Positions 56,744-64,000 of a DNA stretch of 64,000 nucleotides are shown here, in pieces. Position 1 is the first letter of the stretch. The number at the start of each line of letters is the position of its first letter. Source of the DNA: Octopus vulgaris (lineage: Eukaryota); contig OX597825.1 in assembly GCA_951406725.2 (NCBI GenBank), positions 85,126,001 to 85,190,000 on the forward strand, read 5' to 3'. The notes below the pieces were generated by a model that was not told the DNA's origin, searched no databases, and was given only the letters and a program-made list of their open reading frames with translations. Position numbers and translations under genes: made by a program.

Positions 56744-57147
56744 TCTTTTATTTTTAACTTGTTTCAGTCATTTGACTGCGGCCATGCTGGGGCATCGCCT
56801 TAAAGGGTGTCAGTCGAAGAACTCGACCCCAGTACTTATTCATTGTAAGCCTAGCACTTATTCCGTCGGTGTCTTTTGCCGAACTACTAAGTTACGGGAA
56901 CATAAACACACCAGCATCGATTGTCAAGCGATGGCGATGGAGGGGAGAGAAACACAGACACACACACACACACAAACACTTACAAGGGCTTCTTTCAGTT
57001 TCTGTGTACCAAATCTATGAAATCCATTCACAAGACCATTCACATTGGCCCGAGGCAATAGCAGAAGACATTTGCGGAACGTGCCACGCTATGGGACAGA
57101 ACTCAGAGGCATGTGGCTAGGAAGCAAGCTTCTTACTACACAGCCAC
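56744..57147 (-). mobile_element. SINE family B, near full length
   Basis: acttgtttcagtcatttgactgcggccatgctgggg...ggaagcaagcttcttactacacagccac. Confidence 0.85.
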
Positions 57148-57186
57148 GACAGACAGACAGACAGGCAGACAGACAGACAGACAGGC

Positions 57187-57283
<97 letters not shown>
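57148..57283. repeat. (GACA)n-(GATA)n microsatellite
   Basis: Directly visible. Confidence 0.95.
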
Positions 57284-57284
<1 letters not shown>

Positions 57285-57546
57285 GTAGTCGCTCTTAACC
57301 GTGAACTGTCACTCCAAACCGTAGCCTCTCTCGACACCAGTTATTCACACACTCGCCCATGAATACAAATTAACAGATAGAACATCGTTTAACATCTCGG
57401 ACACTTAACATTTCTAATTATATTATTTGCATATGTTTTATCTCTTCGACCTTTACAATTCAGCGTTCTCTCTGCATTAATCTTAATATTCTTCTACGCT
57501 TCAGTACCTGCCTCCCTATCTCTCACCCTCACTCTCACACTATCCT

Positions 57547-57595
<49 letters not shown>

Positions 57596-57964
57596 CTCTC
57601 TCTCTTTCTCTCGCTCTCTCTCTCTCTCTCCATTTCTCTATCCTCTTTCTCTTTACTTTTCTATCTCTTGCTTTTTATCTGACCACCCGCTTTCGTCACT
57701 CTTATGTCCGACTAGCTTTGATCTCTCCACCACCAACACCACCATCACCTCTAGCACATATACCTCGCCTATACCCAGACGTCAATTAAACACCCAACAC
57801 CCTCATACCAATACCCTCACACCCGCCCCATCAATAGAGGAATGAATTCCTCTAAAACTAAGCACGTGTCTTTCCTCAGTTATTTCCCACTAATAAATCT
57901 TCGCTCCAGTGGTCAAGTCTCCGTCCGCCTCGCTGACCACTCGCTTTTACACATCCCCCATCTT

Positions 57965-58200
57965 TCTTCTTTTATCTTTTAATTCGTTTCAGTCACTAGA
58001 CTGTGACCATGCTGGGGCACCGCTTTCAACTCGAACCAATCACCCACGGTATTCATGTTTTTAATCTCAGTACTTATTCCATTGGATACTTTTACCGAAC
58101 CGCTAAGTTACGGGGACGAAAACACACCAACATCGGTCATCAAGTAGTCGTGAGTGATATACACAGACACGACATACATATAAATATAAACACACACAGA
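57965..58200 (-). mobile_element. SINE family B 3' half
   Basis: gtttcagtcactagactgtgaccatgctggggcaccgc...gaaccgctaagttacggggacg. Confidence 0.75.
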
Positions 58201-59856
58201 CACATATACACTCACTCATCCCACGTGACCGGTGTTCGGCCAAGCCTGACCTTTCTTTCTTGGTTCAACTATCATCCGTGCAACATCTATATTTCTCCCC
58301 TTGCCTGTTAAATCTTATGTCCCTGCCGTAATGCTTTACTTCCATTCACGCCAGCTTAATTTAATTCGTCTTTTGTCGAAAGACACCTGTTGTTATGTCC
58401 TGTTTATTGCATTTGTATTTGTGTAACATTTCTCTGTTTTTTTTCGTCCTTGTTTTCGTATACATTCGCTGCTCTCTTCCAAGGAATATAATGCTCTTAG
58501 CTTAGTTTTTCCTTGCTATTATGTTCTGTTCAAATGTGGTCAAATGCTTTATTTTTATCAATATATATTATTGCTTTTTTGTTTGCAATAGTCGGTTCTT
58601 TTGGTCAAACTATCGTATCTCCAGCTACTTCAGATGCCAAGGTATCAAAAATTATCAAAGTGTAGTACAGCAGTTTTGCTATGCAATGGTGAAACTATTC
58701 CTTCGTTTTCTGAAAAAGCAACGTTTTGGACTTACGATACTTTGGACATTTTTTATTTCATGCCACACCCTGAAGAAATGAATATTGCACTGAACAAGCC
58801 TTTGTCAAGTTTTGCAGAAAAAAGGGAAAAGAGGAGATACCAGTGTTTGGGAATAGAATTGAAATTGCACCAAGATGTAAAATTCACATAAATAAAAGAT
58901 GCTGGTCATAGTAACCAGGGTGAAAACTGTGGTCTACCACCCTTGTTATGCATATGAAATAGTTTAAGATGCTCCATACTGATTTACTAAAAGCAGATGG
59001 GAATCCGACCCTCACTCGTTACATTTTCTTTACGATCAATAATTAAGATGTTTTCCTTAATATTTTTAAACTAGGATTCATAAAAAGGATTATAGTTTGT
59101 TTTCTTCTTTTTATACGAATGTTAGAGATCATTTTTGTCTATAAACTGGAATTATTTCGGATTAAGAATGCAGGTGTATCCTGCAACTGGATCTGCTTAC
59201 TTTCTGGGGGTTTTCTTTTGTAACAGTACATTTGTAAGTCAAATTGTGTAGCGGGAAAATAAAATTTTAAAAAATTGAATATTTGTAGGCGTATGTAAAA
59301 TCAATTTTATTTCTTTTTGTTTCAGTCGATTTGTTCGCGCGAAATCCTCATCCTCAAAATATTTGATGAGGTGATGTTTGGTGCGTAGCGAGAGAGGACG
59401 CTGTGGTAATTATTCCTGTTTTACGAGCAAAAAAAAACAGAAAAAAATTAGAATAATTTCTCGGTGACATTGAAAATGAATTTCGAGTTTCAGGAGGTTA
59501 AATATTGACTCCAGGCCACGCGAGTCAGTATGAGAAATACTCTTGGTTATACACACAGCGATAGAAATATGCATACATGCCAACAGAAGACACAAAAATA
59601 CATGCGCAAATATATACATACATAAATATATATATATATATATACAAAAGCACACGCACAGACAAACACAAATACACAGAAAAAAATAATGTTTTAATGA
59701 TTTTCTTCAAACTTAGTTATGCATCAAAGAAGATGATTGAAAATAGAAGAAATGGAACTAAGCAGACAGGTTTGGTAATCTCTTGAAATGGATCAAAATG
59801 GAAAATGATTAATTGATTAAAGATTTAATTGAGATTGATGCTATTCGCGTGTGTGC

Positions 59857-60081
<225 letters not shown>

Positions 60082-61116
60082 CTAATGTCAGATTTAAGAT
60101 ACAGTTGATTGATTAAACAATGTATTATACCGAACTGCTGCTGGATATTTCTAACTAAATACACACAGTTCGTGTTCAATGCAAATTTACAGTTTATTTT
60201 TTAAGAAGTGTAATTGCTGATTTCTATTTCTTACAATTACTGTTAAATTTAATGATTTTCATAGAGAATGGAAACTGGCATGGAAAGACAGTTAAATTCT
60301 TGGGAAAAACCAATCTCCGAACGAATTCAATAAATTTAGAGAGCTTTAGGGGGAAAAAAAAAGCTGATATCATTTTTTCCGAAAAAATAAACTAAAGGAA
60401 ATGCGTGAATTTTGTTTCTCCCAGTGAAGATGTAATCCACCTGAAAAAATTCACTTAATATGTATCCTTGGAGAAATGCTATGTAGGCGTATAACAAAAT
60501 AGGATACTAGAATTCCCTAGATATATATATACACTTAGATATTAATATATATAATTGTGGTGGCTGAAATGTGTATGCGTTTATTAGTCAAGATGGTTCC
60601 CGGGACTGGTTTTTTACAAAGGATACAGAAGCATAACGATTTCCATAAAATGAGATATTAGCTATAATGTTCGATATTCGATTCCAGTGGAACCAATTGC
60701 GGCCATGAGAAGAACTGAATTTGGTATTTCATACGAAGGAACACTCGTCAGAGTTCAAAGTGCTGCCGCTGTTTACAACATGTTCTTAGGTCGAGGGAAA
60801 CGATTTCTAGTAACAGCATAGCACTTGTCTTTCTTGCGGCAGGCTACCTCTCGACTCATTCTTTCTCTCTCTCTTTCTCTTTATGTCTCTACACACACAC
60901 CCACATATATACTATATATACTGAATAAATCTATAGCTGATAGAAGATAGAATATTTAGTTTAAAAACTCCTTAAAGGAAAATCCCTATACAGTAGTTTT
61001 CTAACCCAATAGTCAACTTGCTATAATTTATAGCTTTATTTACTTCGAGTTACGCCGTTAAAGGCGATTTATGTCATATTTCTCAAAGGCTGGAAATGTG
61101 TATGAAGTAAACAATT

Positions 61117-61352
<236 letters not shown>

Positions 61353-62544
61353 TAGAGAAAGAAGAAAGAAAGAGAGAGACGGTGTATGCGTGTGTTCTGG
61401 TTGTGTTCACATCACTTGCGATCCGGCACAGTATGTTATTGCTACCAATAATCTCTCCCTGACGATACGGACTGATAATATTATCCAATCATATTGATTG
61501 CTAAAATTTTATTTAATACTCCTCAGCTGATAGCGAACTCATTAACGACTCCAATCCATCTCCAGTCGATAACAAATCGACGATTGTTCGGCTGTAAAAA
61601 CCATACACATTCTTAATACATTTATTCTTTTGTGGTGAACATGAAAAATATATTTTCCAGTGTTCATCAAAGCAATAAAAGTTTCTTTTATGTTGTGTAG
61701 AATATATATATTAATCTTCTATATTGTGTAGAATATATATTAATTCATTAACAGCAGAGAGCTTTATTTGTTCTAGTGAATGGGCAAGCAGTCTTCCGAA
61801 GGAAGATTCTGCACATTGTCCGTGACCATCACACTGTATTTGCCTCGATTTAAAGGACTTATTTCTTTCAGCAAGCGTAACGTTAGCTATGGTTATTTAA
61901 CTTTCTCAATTCCCTGTATGACGGTTCAGGGACAGAGACGGGGGTCTCCCCAATTTACCTTAGATAGACGCCATAAAGGCAAACTCTTCCAATAATAGTC
62001 TTAAGATCAGCAAGCCACGAAGAAACAGTTTTATATTAAATTTTTATCGGTTACCATGGCATGGAGCATAAAACTGAACCCTGTGGAATTTCGACGCAAA
62101 GACTTGAAGTCTTTCGGTAAATGCAGTAGTTTTCCTTTGTTACTCCCAGGAATATTGCTAGTGGAGTGTTGAGCTATCAGAAATGTTACACCTTCCCTGC
62201 TTTATGTTCTGCGTTCAAATCTCGGCGACGTCAATCCATTTTGTTCTTATCCTACTGGGATAAATATAAATTATCAGTAAAGTTCTGGGCCGACTTAATC
62301 GATGTAACCTCTGCCAACAAAATGTAAGATCTTCTCACAGTAAGAATAATTATTGAGTTTTTGAGAAATGGACATGAGATAAAATATTAGGTCACCAAAC
62401 AGCATCTTTGTAGCACAGATTCTTGTAACAGTAACTGCGAGTAACAGATGCTTTTGCGAGGGATAGGCAGATCCAAGCTAATCCGCTTATAGATTGTGAT
62501 TATCCGCAATTAAACTAGATAAATGTAGAAAGTGAAACAGGCTT

Positions 62545-62850
62545 TGCAGTGCTGGGAGGGCACTGGTGGTCTGCTGGGATTGACGACAAGTAGCTTGCTC
62601 TGGTCTTGTGCAGTCCGCGTTCCCTTTGTCTCCCTGCAATTTTGTTCTGTTCGTAAGAGGTAGCATCTCTGTTGGTGCAGCTTCCACACGAGGGTCAGTC
62701 TTGAGTTTGCACTTCGCAGGTATCGGGATCGATCTCATGGCTCTTTATTAAGGTTTTGAGTGTATTTTTGGAGCGCTTTTTCTGTCCACCTTCCGTGCGC
62801 TTGCCTTCCGTCAGTCAATATAAGACTATTTCTTGGAGGAGAGAATGTAA
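62545..62850 (-). mobile_element. RTE-clade LINE ORF C-terminus, disrupted
   Basis: A frame not in the ORF track reads LTEGKRTEGGQKKRSKNTLKTLIKSHEIDPDTCEVQTQD*PSCGSCTNRDATSYEQNKIA...HQCP, matching RTE GKR..GGQKKR.KD.LK...ID...WE..AQDR..WR. Confidence 0.8.
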
Positions 62851-62885
62851 GTTATAACTTCTTTACTCCTGACAGAGTGACAGAA

Positions 62886-62923
<38 letters not shown>

Positions 62924-63847
62924 AAGAGAAAGGAGGGGAGAGGGAAAGAAGGGAGCAATGGAAAAAAACTATGCAAGAATTACTTGAGGCATTTGAACTG
63001 AGGAATATTCACTTCGATGTTTTAATTCTTTCACGTAGAATTTAAATATTTCCACATACGAAATAATTTTCACACTGTTGAATGACATTTATCTTGAATT
63101 CTACATTTATATATTTAATTCTTTATTCATATATTTTCTTATTTATCAATTCATTTTGTAATGTTATCGTTCTGATCGATATCTTTGTGAATGCTGCTGA
63201 TAACACTGTAGTTCATATTGATTATAGGTCCGTGATATCAATACGAATTTCATTTTTAATCATTCATATATTATAAAGATCCCTGTTTGGATAACAGTGG
63301 TAAAAGAAATCTCATATGAAGCACAAAACAGTATTGCCAAAGAAAAAAAAACACGACGTTCTGTTAGTTTGTTCTTGGGTGAGCGTGAAATTATTGAATC
63401 GAAGCCTCCAGACAAAAGCTATATTTTACAAACTTTAAATCTTTACAAACTGTGCATAATTGATTCCATTACAGCTTTTGTTTGCCACATGCTGCATCAC
63501 TGCATCAACAGCTTTTAGACAATTCTAAACCACTTTAACTCCAATTTAGAAATCAATCATACATTGTAAAATGGAAAGTTCTTACACTCCTGACATTTTC
63601 CAGAAGCTTCAGTAGAATAAGTCGAGTGAAAAAGATTTATATGCAAAATCAAAAGTGGAATGCAGACCTGACATGTCTGGAAAATGTCTCTGTGCTATGG
63701 CTGACAACATAAATCGTTTAACAGTATTTATGTTTTACGTTTTTATAATTGGAAATTAGAAAAAAAGAGAGAATTGTCCTTTCTGTGCTCTCTTCCATGG
63801 ATAAAATGGAAGTTGCTAATGTTTGCTTTTAATATATGGAGAGACAC

Positions 63848-64000
63848 GGGCAGCGAGCGGACAGAGTCGTTAGAGCGCCTGAGTCGGATTTTACGTTTTG
63901 AGATCAAATGCCATTACGTTCGACTTTGCTTTTCAACTTTTCTGGATCGATAAAATATAACAGATTTACTCCCTCCCACGAAAGTGTGGGCCCTGTGCCA
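63848..64000 (+). mobile_element. Degenerate SINE family A at the window end
   Basis: ggcagcgagcggacagagtcgttagagcgcc...ttcgactttgcttttcaac...gatcgataaaa...gggccctgtgcca. Confidence 0.65.

Noticed and set aside
58601-58891. 96-aa non-repetitive ORF
   Set aside because: No recognisable domain, no convincing start or splice context, and a length within chance expectation.
61691-61745. Short direct duplication (ttgtgtagaatatatat...taat)
   Set aside because: Ordinary local tandem duplication in AT-rich DNA with no enclosed element.
62487-62738. GC-rich 83-aa ORF as a host gene
   Set aside because: An alternative frame on the same strand matches an RTE LINE C-terminus.

Overview
This is AT-rich, microsatellite-saturated eukaryotic DNA that is almost entirely non-coding. 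The SINE families and repeat landscape point to a coleoid cephalopod, probably Octopus (inference from recalled repeat consensus sequences, no search run). Nearly all ORFs in the supplied track are translations of (TA)n, (CA)n, (TAGA)n, (TTA)n or (TAG)n repeats. Supported content: (i) more than 20 tRNA-derived SINE copies of at least four families, several with target-site duplications (TSDs); (ii) fragments of restriction-like-endonuclease (R4/Dong-type) LINEs stacked inside TAA-family repeats at 31.5-33 kb and 40.7-43.4 kb; (iii) one CR1/L2-type and one RTE-type LINE 3' end; (iv) a palindromic mariner derivative built from two transposase 3' ends; (v) many short non-coding modules in (TA)n tracts that carry degenerate minimal hammerhead-ribozyme motifs and/or an inverted duplication with an unpaired tail, most consistent with Penelope-like (PLE) pseudo-LTRs or retrozyme-like elements; (vi) weak exon candidates of an unidentified host gene, the best being a 24-nt microexon at 27147-27170 and a possible terminal exon at 25561-25769, both on the minus strand. 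I found no CRISPR array, rRNA, intact tRNA or recognisable complete host gene.
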